Sequence record: NC_004629.1
Length of the DNA stretch: 64,000 nt
Reading direction: 5' to 3' (one strand)
Numbering within the stretch: the first letter of the stretch is position 1; each line of letters opens with the position of its first letter. This document shows positions 47,264 through 55,661 of the stretch, in pieces. Below the pieces are notes generated by a model. That model searched no databases. It was not told the DNA's origin and saw nothing but the letters and a program-made list of their open reading frames with translations. Both the position numbers and the translations under genes were made by a program.

Positions 47264-47581
47264 ATGCTTTCCATTATCGGTAATGTTGTAAAAACTGGTC
47301 TCATGCTGGCTGGTACCATCTATGTGTTCGAAGTCAGTGTGACTGTTTATAATGAGATTAAATTAGAAAAGAATATCCGTGAAAAAGTAAAGGACTATTC
47401 CGATTATATCAAATCTAATTCAGATAATACCACCGTGGAAGTAATGACGGACTTTATTGAAGTAGAGCTTATATACGTTATTAATGATGGATTGGATATG
47501 TTTAACACCATCAGTGATAAACATCGAATTAAATCAAAAATCCGTAACTGGATTAAGGATGCAATTAACAATGAACTCTAA
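47264..47581 (+). CDS. N-terminal-TM early protein
   Basis: 105 aa with AATAGG RBS. Confidence 0.75.
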   Translation: MLSIIGNVVKTGLMLAGTIYVFEVSVTVYNEIKLEKNIREKVKDYSDYIKSNSDNTTVEVMTDFIEVELIYVINDGLDMFNTISDKHRIKSKIRNWIKDAINNEL

Positions 47582-48012
47582 GCTATCTCTTACATTAGGG
47601 ATGGTAATGTGGAGCCGTACTCGGTAAGCTTGCTTGGGATTCTAGAGAAAAACTCTATGAATTCTATTATGGACGAATTATTATCCATAAACTGAAAGCT
47701 TATCAAAAGACCATGGATGTCGATAAACTACCGTTCCATCCAGCAACAGCAATGGCCCATTATCTTAAGGCTAGCATTAATGCATCCAAGGAGACACTTG
47801 TGTCACTGGATCTTCTTGAGAGCATTAATGAAGTAGGGCTTAAATATATTGAATCAGTGCGATGCCGTTATGATACTGCATGGCAAATGAGTCTGCACAG
47901 GAGGCTTGTCAAACGGCAGAAAGAGATTGAAGAAGAGAATCGTCGTATCGAAGAAGAAGAACGACGTAATCGGAAACAACTTGATCTGTTCGATGATGTG
48001 TCAGATGTGTAA
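47571..48012 (+). pseudogene. N-terminal-TM protein gene broken by a 1-nt insertion at 47606-47607 (or a sequencing error)
   Basis: Removing one A fuses MNSKLSLTLGMV to CGAVLGKLAWDSREKLY... and the 47713..48012 ORF, giving 146 aa. Confidence 0.65.
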
Positions 48013-48020
48013 CTGATAAT

Positions 48021-48047
48021 GGGAGTCTTCGGACTCCCTTTTATTTT
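48021..48047 (+). terminator. Intrinsic terminator
   Basis: GGGAGTC-TTCG-GACTCCC-TTTT. Confidence 0.85.
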
Positions 48048-48099
48048 CTACATCGTATTATTTTTTAATCACTTCAATAAACGTAAATAGGTATACAAA

Positions 48100-48456
48100 A
48101 TGAATATTGATAAAGTATCACTCTGTCTTGGTATTTTTGTTGGTTCAGTTACAATGTGTGCAGTTGGTAAAATCTATCATAAAACTGTTATTGATGTAAA
48201 AATCAATAAGTTGCGTAATGCTGCTTCAGTGTCTAATGAAATTCTTACAATGCTTTCTAAGCGTGCCTCTGTTATTCGCGCTGAGGTTATGCCAACCGCA
48301 GAAGACTTTATCGATTGTGAAGGTAAAGTACACAACAAACTCACTGAAGAGTTACAGGACATCGTCGCTGGTTTTAAAGTAGCGCCTGAACACGGGGCTA
48401 GTGTTAATACACGTATTAATGATTGGTTCCTACAAACGTTCCCAACTGTTTACTAA
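48100..48456 (+). CDS. N-terminal-TM early protein
   Basis: VSLCLGIFVGSVTMCAVGK; AATAGG RBS. Confidence 0.75.
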   Translation: MNIDKVSLCLGIFVGSVTMCAVGKIYHKTVIDVKINKLRNAASVSNEILTMLSKRASVIRAEVMPTAEDFIDCEGKVHNKLTEELQDIVAGFKVAPEHGASVNTRINDWFLQTFPTVY

Positions 48457-48466
48457 TAGGTGATAT

Positions 48467-48889
48467 ATGTCAAAAGTAGTATTTCCTAATGGTCTACTAA
48501 TAGCGCTCATGCAAAACTTCGATCACACTCTCGAATGTTTTGATCATGATGTTAGTGTTTTTAAAAAGGCACTCAGTGACCTAGATAATAAAATTAAAGG
48601 TGGTATTAAGTCACTTGATAATGATTACCCTAATGCTAAAATTGCATTAGAACGCATTCTTGAAGAACTTTTTAAAAGAGGATTACATATCCCTGGGCCT
48701 TCTGGAAAAGCATTTGTCATTGAAAAAGTTCACATTGTAGATAGCACAGGTGTGGCTAAGGCATACCGTGTCAGTTACAATGATGAAAAAGCTATGCCTG
48801 AATATGTATCAGCCGATAATGTATGGGGTGCACTAATTTCATATCAAAAACGTAGTCGTAGTGCAAATCCATTCAAACCAACTGCGTGA
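48467..48889 (+). CDS. Hypothetical early protein
   Basis: 140 aa with AATAGG RBS. Confidence 0.75.
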   Translation: MSKVVFPNGLLIALMQNFDHTLECFDHDVSVFKKALSDLDNKIKGGIKSLDNDYPNAKIALERILEELFKRGLHIPGPSGKAFVIEKVHIVDSTGVAKAYRVSYNDEKAMPEYVSADNVWGALISYQKRSRSANPFKPTA

Positions 48890-48960
48890 AAAGGATCTGA
48901 TGGTTAAAGCCATAATCCATTATCGTATTACATAATACCTGCAAAAGAAGGAATAAGTCA

Positions 48961-49212
48961 ATGAGCGAATCTAAAGAAGTTATCAACATGGTGGAATGTT
49001 TTATCAGTGAATCTTACATGGAGCCAGGTGTTGACCACAATCGTCGGATTTTGATGCGTGAATACGGGATCAACCCTAACAGCGGTATACCACTTCGGGG
49101 GAACTGGGTTCTGCGTAACATGCTCACTGGGGAATTTATCGACAATGATAAATACCTCAACGATATTGTTGAACGTAATTCCATCCAATTCGAACGCAAT
49201 ACCTTCGTCTAG
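48961..49212 (+). CDS. Hypothetical protein, paralogue of 50206..50481
   Basis: REYGINP....P.RG.WV.R...TG.FID. Confidence 0.75.
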   Translation: MSESKEVINMVECFISESYMEPGVDHNRRILMREYGINPNSGIPLRGNWVLRNMLTGEFIDNDKYLNDIVERNSIQFERNTFV

Positions 49213-49247
49213 CTATAATTAATCCAAATCTGAAAATAGGTCAAACC

Positions 49248-49631
49248 ATGAACGAACACATTCAAAAGAAAATCAACCAGGGTACTGGCAGACTGGCTAT
49301 GTGCAACTTCGACAAAATGAACTATGTTCAGGGTCGTGAGTACTATGCCATCTCAGATAGTGGTTTACTTGAACAAATCGTTGCTCTATGCGCAGTTCAG
49401 TGGCCTCAGGAAATGGCCAACTACCTGCATGATGAAAGCGCTCTGTTCTGGGCTCTTTTCGACCGTGGTATCGTAGCTGATGGTAAACCTCGCGCCGACC
49501 GTAAAGACTTCATCTACGAACGCCTTGGTTTCATCCACAAGAAGAAGTTCAAAAAATACGGCTTGTCTATTCTACAGCGTGCGCGCACCCGCTCGATGGC
49601 TAGTTTTGAGAAAGCTCAAGAGACTTGCTGA
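49248..49631 (+). CDS. Hypothetical early protein
   Basis: 127 aa with AATAGG RBS. Confidence 0.75.
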   Translation: MNEHIQKKINQGTGRLAMCNFDKMNYVQGREYYAISDSGLLEQIVALCAVQWPQEMANYLHDESALFWALFDRGIVADGKPRADRKDFIYERLGFIHKKKFKKYGLSILQRARTRSMASFEKAQETC

Positions 49632-49666
49632 GCTATGCTGCAACACCAATACGAGGATCGTTAATT

Positions 49667-50164
49667 ATGAACCGCATGATTCCTGCAAATGAGCGTGACA
49701 GTGAACTCAGTCTCTATGGCTATTTGACCTCTGTTGTAACTGGTGGGGTTGCTTGGGATTATAACCCTATCGTTCTGCTGGAGAAGATGTGTAATCGTGA
49801 TGATGAGGCCATCTGCATGGGTGAACCCAATTACGATCAATTACGTTTGATCGGTGCAAGGGGTATGTTCGAACAGATCTCTGAAAACATCCTGTCTCGC
49901 AATGAACAAATCATGGATGGTGTTCGTGATTTCTTCAAAGATGGTCTCCAGTTGAAAACCAATGTAGATGACATGTTGGTGAGACTGAATTATCAAACTG
50001 TGCATAACGGGACTGATATGGGTGAGGTGATCATGGTAAACTTGTTCAAAAAAATTGATGGTGATTATGTGGTTGCTCATAAGTGCACATATGACCCTCA
50101 AGATTGGAAACATGCGTTATATTACTTCACCAATGCCTCCATGATCAGTCAAAAACAAAAATAA
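49667..50164 (+). CDS. Hypothetical protein
   Basis: ORF track 49625..50164; GAGGA RBS before ATG 49667. Confidence 0.7.
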   Translation: MNRMIPANERDSELSLYGYLTSVVTGGVAWDYNPIVLLEKMCNRDDEAICMGEPNYDQLRLIGARGMFEQISENILSRNEQIMDGVRDFFKDGLQLKTNVDDMLVRLNYQTVHNGTDMGEVIMVNLFKKIDGDYVVAHKCTYDPQDWKHALYYFTNASMISQKQK

Positions 50165-50205
50165 ATATCATGCATATCCCTTCAGGTAATTTTAGAGAGG
50201 TTATT

Positions 50206-50481
50206 ATGAGCAATAAAGATGTATCAATGATCCCAGTTTATGAAAATCACTTTGTCACTACTGGTGCTACTCCACGACATGAAGCAATTGTGGTATGTCG
50301 TGAATATGGTATTAATCCATTAGATGATGCACCATTTCGGGGTTCATGGGTGATGCGCTACCGAGAGACTGGAAAATTCATTGATTGTTCCAGGGATATT
50401 GATGATTTAGCTAAGAAATATAATCTGACCATTCATAAACCAACCATTGAATTATACACCAGCACGTATATTGGTCAATAG
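50206..50481 (+). CDS. Hypothetical protein, paralogue of 48961..49212
   Basis: GAGG RBS before ATG 50206; shared REYGINP motif. Confidence 0.75.
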   Translation: MSNKDVSMIPVYENHFVTTGATPRHEAIVVCREYGINPLDDAPFRGSWVMRYRETGKFIDCSRDIDDLAKKYNLTIHKPTIELYTSTYIGQ

Positions 50482-50485
50482 AAAA

Positions 50486-50510
50486 AAACCACCCTATATA
50501 AGGGTGGTTT
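50486..50510 (+). terminator. Hairpin
   Basis: AAACCACCCT / AGGGTGGTTT. Confidence 0.7.
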
Positions 50511-50526
50511 ATAAAAGAGGTGAAAT

Positions 50527-50790
50527 ATGCATAAACTTAATCCTGGTTGTTATCCATTAACTATAAATCCTAATGGTAAGTTTCTGAATAAAGACGATTT
50601 ACGGAATCTTCCCAATGGGATTTATGTAACTTCTCCGTTACATGGTCCTAGGGTATATAGCCATGATCGACGCGTTATGGTTGATGGTGATTATTGTTAT
50701 CTAATCACTGCACCGAACATAAAATTCAAGGTAAGTGATTTCTTTAAATATAATGTAGTTTATTATCCGAGCATTTACCTCAAGAGGTAA
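50527..50790 (+). CDS. Hypothetical protein, paralogue of 51146..51373
   Basis: NLPNGIYVTSPLHGP...DRR. Confidence 0.75.
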   Translation: MHKLNPGCYPLTINPNGKFLNKDDLRNLPNGIYVTSPLHGPRVYSHDRRVMVDGDYCYLITAPNIKFKVSDFFKYNVVYYPSIYLKR

Positions 50791-50797
50791 TAAATAA

Positions 50798-51082
50798 ATG
50801 GCAAACGAATGCACTCCCGGTGTCTGGGATACACTAGTTGACTCGACAAAAGAAACTGAAAACCTACGTATCCGTTCCCAACTCATGCGGGCTCTCACCC
50901 GTACTATAAAGGGCTGGGATCTTCCGCAAAAAGACGCTGCTGCTCGCCTACATGTTACGCAACCGAGATTGAATGATCTTCTCAAAGGCAAGATTGACAA
51001 GTTCTCTCTGGACGCCCTGGTAAACCTACTGGACGCGGCTGATCTGACTCTTGAGATATCAGTGATCCCACGTGCAGTATAA
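50798..51082 (+). CDS. XRE/HigA-like helix-turn-helix protein (orphan antitoxin-type regulator)
   Basis: VWDTL...ENLRIRSQLM...QKDAAARLHVTQPRLNDLLKGKIDKFSLDALVNLL. Confidence 0.85.
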   Translation: MANECTPGVWDTLVDSTKETENLRIRSQLMRALTRTIKGWDLPQKDAAARLHVTQPRLNDLLKGKIDKFSLDALVNLLDAADLTLEISVIPRAV

Positions 51083-51145
51083 ACCATGGGGACGCAGCTT
51101 GATACGGCCACCGGGTGGTTTCATGACAGCAAGGAAATAAAGAAA

Positions 51146-51373
51146 ATGACAACTGATAAAAAGTTTAGCATTAAAGAACTCGGATGGGAAAAAGCCACTA
51201 ATCTACCCGATGGTGAATACTACACTATTCCTAAACATGGACCACAAAACTGGCGGTATGATCGCAAGATTATCAAAACCAAGAACAGTGTAAAACTGGT
51301 AAATGAACCAGATTATAGCTGGTCAGCCCCATTCTTTTTCGAGGCAAATAACTTGTTAATCGAAGAACCATGA
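51146..51373 (+). CDS. Hypothetical protein, paralogue of 50527..50790
   Basis: AAGGA RBS before ATG 51146; NLPDGEYYTIPKHGP...DRK. Confidence 0.75.
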   Translation: MTTDKKFSIKELGWEKATNLPDGEYYTIPKHGPQNWRYDRKIIKTKNSVKLVNEPDYSWSAPFFFEANNLLIEEP

Positions 51374-51531
51374 CTATGAAACGATCACCAGGTTATTTTA
51401 AAAGAGTAGTAAAAGAACTAACTGAGCGAGAGAATATTATACATCAGAAAGTTCTTAAATACATCAATGATAATCCGAATATTTCTTATAAAGAAGCACG
51501 TCAGATAGTAACTAAGGAGATTATAAAGTGA
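51370..51531 (+). CDS. 53-aa basic hypothetical protein
   Basis: ATGA overlap with the upstream stop and GTGA overlap with the downstream start. Confidence 0.6.
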   Translation: MTMKRSPGYFKRVVKELTERENIIHQKVLKYINDNPNISYKEARQIVTKEIIK

Positions 51532-51740
51532 CTATTTCAATTCCTGCATCAGTTCGTGGTGAGTTTGGAATTTATTACAAAAATAATAAGAATCTTCGAC
51601 TGGGTCAGGCATGGCATAATTACATGCGTCTTGAAAATATCCAAAATGAAATGGATAAAGAATGGGCTGATAAACTCTGGAATGCTTCTGATAAAGAAGC
51701 AGCTGATATGGTTGATGAAGCCACTAATTGGACTATGTAA
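51528..51740 (+). CDS. Small phage protein with LRLGQAW motif
   Basis: 70 aa, AAGGAG RBS. Confidence 0.7.
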   Translation: MTISIPASVRGEFGIYYKNNKNLRLGQAWHNYMRLENIQNEMDKEWADKLWNASDKEAADMVDEATNWTM

Positions 51741-51779
51741 CTAAACAATATTTACTATAGTAAATAAGGAGAAATACAA

Positions 51780-51923
51780 ATGACTAATGAAGAAATTATC
51801 GTAGATGAAAGTAAATGGGCCGATGACAGCGAGATGGTTGGCTGTAAACCAGTTGATCTGTTTATTGATTTTTACTGGGTAGAGCCCACTCATCATACTC
51901 AAGAAGGAAAAGAGGATAATTAA
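51780..51923 (+). CDS. 47-aa acidic hypothetical protein
   Basis: AAGGAG RBS, ATG 51780, TAA 51921-51923. Confidence 0.6.
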   Translation: MTNEEIIVDESKWADDSEMVGCKPVDLFIDFYWVEPTHHTQEGKEDN

Positions 51924-51924
51924 C

Positions 51925-52200
51925 ATGGGTGAATATACACAGAATGGTATTCGTCATTTTCGTCCGGATGATACCGAAGATACCTTTTATATCTTGGGTG
52001 ATTGTTATGTAGCCAATACTATCGCCGATATTATCGAGATGGCAACTAAGAAATGGGGTGATGGTATTACTCTTGATATGATTAATATCAGTACTGAATA
52101 TATTCATACAAGTTGTCTAGGGTATGATGAGTACGACCCCAGCGATTACAGTAATTATTTATGCATCTCTCGTGTTAGGGAAACATCGCTGGTTAAATAA
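51925..52200 (+). CDS. Hypothetical phage protein
   Basis: 91 aa; EYIHTSCLGYDEYDPSDY motif. Confidence 0.75.
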   Translation: MGEYTQNGIRHFRPDDTEDTFYILGDCYVANTIADIIEMATKKWGDGITLDMINISTEYIHTSCLGYDEYDPSDYSNYLCISRVRETSLVK

Positions 52201-52207
52201 ATTAACG

Positions 52208-52242
52208 ACATAATCCCTCTCCTTCGGGAGAGGGCATTTATT
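52208..52242 (+). terminator. Terminator ending the accessory island
   Basis: ACATAA-CCCTCTCC-TTCG-GGAGAGGG. Confidence 0.8.
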
Positions 52243-52269
52243 CAGTTAAACTTTTAAGAATAAAAGAAT

Positions 52270-52301
52270 TAGCCCTACTGTTACAGCAGTAGGGCTATAT
52301 G
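52270..52301 (+). promoter_or_regulatory. 11-bp inverted repeat directly followed by TATG (candidate late promoter)
   Basis: TAGCCCTACTG-TTACAG-CAGTAGGGCTA-TATG. Confidence 0.5.
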
Positions 52302-52365
52302 CCGTTGAGTAAAAAATACTCAACATTTTCGCCCAAGTGGGCTTGGATTAACAAGAGGAACAATC

Positions 52366-52671
52366 ATGTTAATTCCAGTTACCGCTAACAATGTTAGCCC
52401 TGACCTGCACAGAATGCAGGAAGTAGGTTTCTTTTTCAAGAGACCCGATGGATCAACCCATAGCATGTCGGTTGCGAAAACGCAAGCCGATAATGTTATC
52501 CAATGTCGAGATCGTAGAGGTAACTTCATTGGTTATTGGGCTGGCCCTACAATAGGATACGTCAACAACGCAGGTTTAGCCGTATCCATCAACCCCTTCG
52601 ACAATTTCATAGTAACATACACTGACATGGATCAGAAGAAGTTCTATGTAACCGAAAGGAGAAGCCTATGA
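52366..52671 (+). CDS. Hypothetical beta-rich protein, stand-alone unit
   Basis: 101 aa, GAGGA RBS, hairpins on both sides. Confidence 0.7.
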   Translation: MLIPVTANNVSPDLHRMQEVGFFFKRPDGSTHSMSVAKTQADNVIQCRDRRGNFIGYWAGPTIGYVNNAGLAVSINPFDNFIVTYTDMDQKKFYVTERRSL

Positions 52672-52679
52672 TAAACAAC

Positions 52680-52720
52680 CCCTCTCCTAAAGGAGAGGGA
52701 CTTATCTGAATTCTTTTTTT
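52680..52720 (+). terminator. Intrinsic terminator
   Basis: CCCTCTCC-TAAA-GGAGAGGG with a downstream T-tract. Confidence 0.7.
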
Positions 52721-52724
52721 GTTT

Positions 52725-53280
52725 AAGTGAGAGCCGCCCGCTAAAGCGGCTCCCAAGTGGAGTTAAGTCTCCCGCTAAAGAGAAACTCCAGAATACATGG
52801 GGTAGCGACTCCTCATGTAGATATCCTAATTAATCTCTTTAGCTAGTAATCAATACCCGTTATCACTCGTTGATAATTGATTTGTTTATTAACTAATTTG
52901 ACTTAATCAGAATGATCAATACATATTGTTAATAATCTAGTATATTATTACCAGTATCATTGAGTAATACTGGTAATCAAATATTACTCATGAATCTTAC
53001 CTAATGTGGAACTGAGGAATCGGATCGCCCCGTAGGGGCTTTTATTTCATAATAAACTATACCGAAGGTATATCCTTATTCTAATAATAAACAATATTAG
53101 CATTATTCTAATAGCGTTAGCTAATACATACTGTCTCCCTAAAAGGAGACACAGTATAGATTATATTTTTTTTAATTAAAAATAATAAGTCTAGAGATAG
53201 ACTTTCTTTATGCCTTTAATACCTTCTAATTTGCTCTATAATCGATTTTATTCGTTATTCACTAGCATATTAGCCATACG
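52725..53280. ncRNA. Non-coding hairpin array; candidate structured RNA or DNA cis-element
   Basis: No credible ORF; at least 8 inverted repeats (see findings). Confidence 0.4.
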
Positions 53281-53311
53281 ACATAAAAGCCCTCCTATGA
53301 GGGCTTAAATG
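53281..53311 (-). terminator. Terminator for the minus-strand genes
   Basis: AAGCCCTC-CTAT-GAGGGCTT. Confidence 0.7.
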
Positions 53312-53313
53312 CT

Positions 53314-53550
53314 TTATTTTTCATTAGTCGGATATAGGAGTACAATAGACTCTGCGCATACTTTAATAACTTGGATATTTTCACTGTCATTATTTTTTGA
53401 TTGTTTATTTTTAACGCAGTATTCAAATTGTTGGGATTTGAGTTTATATACGTTATTGTTCTCTTCTCCCAGTATTCCTCCAAATACCAATCCTAGGATA
53501 AATATTAATAAACCACCAATAAAGATAATATAAACATTACCATAGTACAT
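53314..53550 (-). CDS. Small N-terminal-TM protein
   Basis: VYIIFIGGLLIFILGLVFGGILG. Confidence 0.7.
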   Translation of the reverse strand: MYYGNVYIIFIGGLLIFILGLVFGGILGEENNNVYKLKSQQFEYCVKNKQSKNNDSENIQVIKVCAESIVLLYPTNEK

Positions 53551-53551
53551 A

Positions 53552-53920
53552 TTACATTAACTCCTTTACATCATCTGGAATAGATTCACACCGATCTAAA
53601 TCCCAGTAGATGTGTGTATAGTGATCTTGGTTTACGATACTGATAAAATCCCCATTAGGATCGGGTAATGGTTTACGGATAATATCAACGTAAATAGTGT
53701 AATATAAATAAAGATCACTGATGAGTTCATCAATGTTTAAATTATTACCCTCTGCATATTTCCCATATTTAAAATAATGGGCTTCTTCTGCTACAGCATA
53801 ACGGATTTTATCGTAATTTTGTGATGCGGCATATACACGTGCAAATAGAGGGCGATTAAACTTTCTACATTCACTAATATTTTTTCTTAAAGTATTTACT
53901 AAATTATCAATTGCACTCAT
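53552..53920 (-). CDS. Hypothetical protein
   Basis: 122 aa with AATAGG RBS on the minus strand. Confidence 0.7.
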   Translation of the reverse strand: MSAIDNLVNTLRKNISECRKFNRPLFARVYAASQNYDKIRYAVAEEAHYFKYGKYAEGNNLNIDELISDLYLYYTIYVDIIRKPLPDPNGDFISIVNQDHYTHIYWDLDRCESIPDDVKELM

Positions 53921-53945
53921 TTAGATTACCTATTAAAATTATAGT

Positions 53946-53971
53946 GCTCTCCCCGAAGGGAGAGCTTTATG
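53946..53971 (-). terminator. Hairpin downstream of dnaB
   Basis: Minus strand CATAAA-GCTCTCCC-TTCG-GGGAGAGC. Confidence 0.8.
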
Positions 53972-53974
53972 TTG

Positions 53975-55522
53975 TTAATATCCCCAGTCATCTCCACCAG
54001 TGGCTTGCATATTGCTAAGACTTGGTACAAAGTCCATGTAATTGTTTTCTTCTTTATCGATATCCCATCTAATACCACCAATACGGTCTGGATCAAACGG
54101 CATAACAAAATAGTGATGCTTACTATCACTTACAACGTTACGGTGTTTACCACGTTGTACGGTTAGATAATACTTACCACTTACTTTAACAATGTGGAAG
54201 AAGAATTCCAGATCAGGTTCTTGTCCAAGTCGGCGACAACCGTCATAGTAACCTTTGTTAGCAACTTGTTTAACAAAGTCTTCTGGTGGGATATTATCCC
54301 TGATTAGTTCTAATGCCTGAGAACTTAACTGATGCGGACTAAAGAATGTGATACCACGTGGTGCAGTATAGTTACGCATTCGCCTAAATAGGAGACGAAC
54401 GTCATCACCTGCTACACTGGTCACTAATCCAGTTTTAGGCAACATGTTTAGATAATCTACGCAGAGATATTGTAGTTCATAACCACGTGCTTGATATGTA
54501 TCTAGGTAGTTAACTAAACCAGCAATCGTAAATTCAGTTGGGTCAAAACGATACATTACTGGTTCAAAACCATTTTCACGGAGACGAGCTGATACATATT
54601 CAGCTGCTTCAGCTTTACTAATAGAACTACGATCTACCTTGATACCTGTTTCATTTTCGTAAATATACTCATAAATGAAAATAAGGTTATCCGGAATCTC
54701 ATTCTCAAGAGTAATAAACATTACTAATGGTTTCTTATTGATATCACGCATGTATGGTTTATTAAATAGACACACATGGCAAAATAGACTCATAGAAACG
54801 CCAGATTTATATTGATGTTGTAGGCCACCACCGATAATAAATTCACCACGTTTTAATGCACCCAGATCACCAAGCATCCTGTTAAAACCTTTCCATCCAG
54901 TACGGAAAGCACCATTTGGGGAAAGAATAGTTTTAGCTTCCTCAAAGAAGCCTTCAATAGAATCTAAATTACCAAAATCAAGTGCACCCATTTCAGCTGG
55001 GTGTTTCTCTTCAGCACGCGCGCGAATATATGGGTCAGCTCTGGTTGCCATTTCATTAATGATTGCCGGAATATCAGCAGAGCCTCTATTGAAAAGAATT
55101 TTTGATGAACATTCTTTTACAATAGCTTTTACCTTCTCATCAGCTAAGTAGCTATTTAGATCACGACGATATGAAGTTACACGCATGGCTAATGCCATGC
55201 CATTTGGAAATTCTTCTTCTACTGCATTTTTAACAGCATCGTATAGATAACTTTCTTCACGACAACATACTTGTAGTGATTGTAATACCTGTTGGGTAGC
55301 TGGGAAATATGCTTTCTGTTTCTTATTTAGATCCACTAGTAGATTACGAAGATCTAAAAATGTTTGTCGACCATGATCTACATCTAATGTACCACCCTTA
55401 TCATTTAGAGTATCAAGAATCTCAGTAACCAATTCATTGGATGGTTCCACTGGAGAATCTTCTCGATTTTCTAAACATAATAGAGTGATACATGAAACGA
55501 GTAATTGTTTTGGACTTGACAT
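53975..55522 (-). CDS. dnaB: DnaB-like replicative helicase (gp118)
   Basis: FRTGWKGFNRMLG, variant Walker A GGLQHQYKS, FITLEN, CVDYLNML, HQLS, QRGKHR. Confidence 0.9.
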   Translation of the reverse strand: MSSPKQLLVSCITLLCLENREDSPVEPSNELVTEILDTLNDKGGTLDVDHGRQTFLDLRNLLVDLNKKQKAYFPATQQVLQSLQVCCREESYLYDAVKNAVEEEFPNGMALAMRVTSYRRDLNSYLADEKVKAIVKECSSKILFNRGSADIPAIINEMATRADPYIRARAEEKHPAEMGALDFGNLDSIEGFFEEAKTILSPNGAFRTGWKGFNRMLGDLGALKRGEFIIGGGLQHQYKSGVSMSLFCHVCLFNKPYMRDINKKPLVMFITLENEIPDNLIFIYEYIYENETGIKVDRSSISKAEAAEYVSARLRENGFEPVMYRFDPTEFTIAGLVNYLDTYQARGYELQYLCVDYLNMLPKTGLVTSVAGDDVRLLFRRMRNYTAPRGITFFSPHQLSSQALELIRDNIPPEDFVKQVANKGYYDGCRRLGQEPDLEFFFHIVKVSGKYYLTVQRGKHRNVVSDSKHHYFVMPFDPDRIGGIRWDIDKEENNYMDFVPSLSNMQATGGDDWGY

Positions 55523-55661
55523 TTTTATAGATTTCCAATTGTGAAATTAAGAGATGTACAGTGTATCATTTAGATAGCTAGTAATTTTAGTGAATGTATT
55601 TGCTATATTGCTATGTAGACAGTTCCCAAAAGCCTAAAGTTACAATATAGGTACTTTCACA

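Noticed and set aside
47582-47695. In-frame continuation after the TAA of 47264..47581 (possible read-through)
   Set aside because: TAA is a strong stop, and the region is better explained by the overlapping frameshifted TM gene.
52668-52709. 13-aa ORF (MINNPSPKGEGLI) overlapping the upstream stop and crossing the terminator
   Set aside because: Too short to support and likely a by-product of the hairpin sequence.
53699-53706. Minus-strand TATATTAC inside the 53552..53920 ORF
   Set aside because: It lacks the TTAAACAG/TTAAGATC context seen at the intergenic early promoters.
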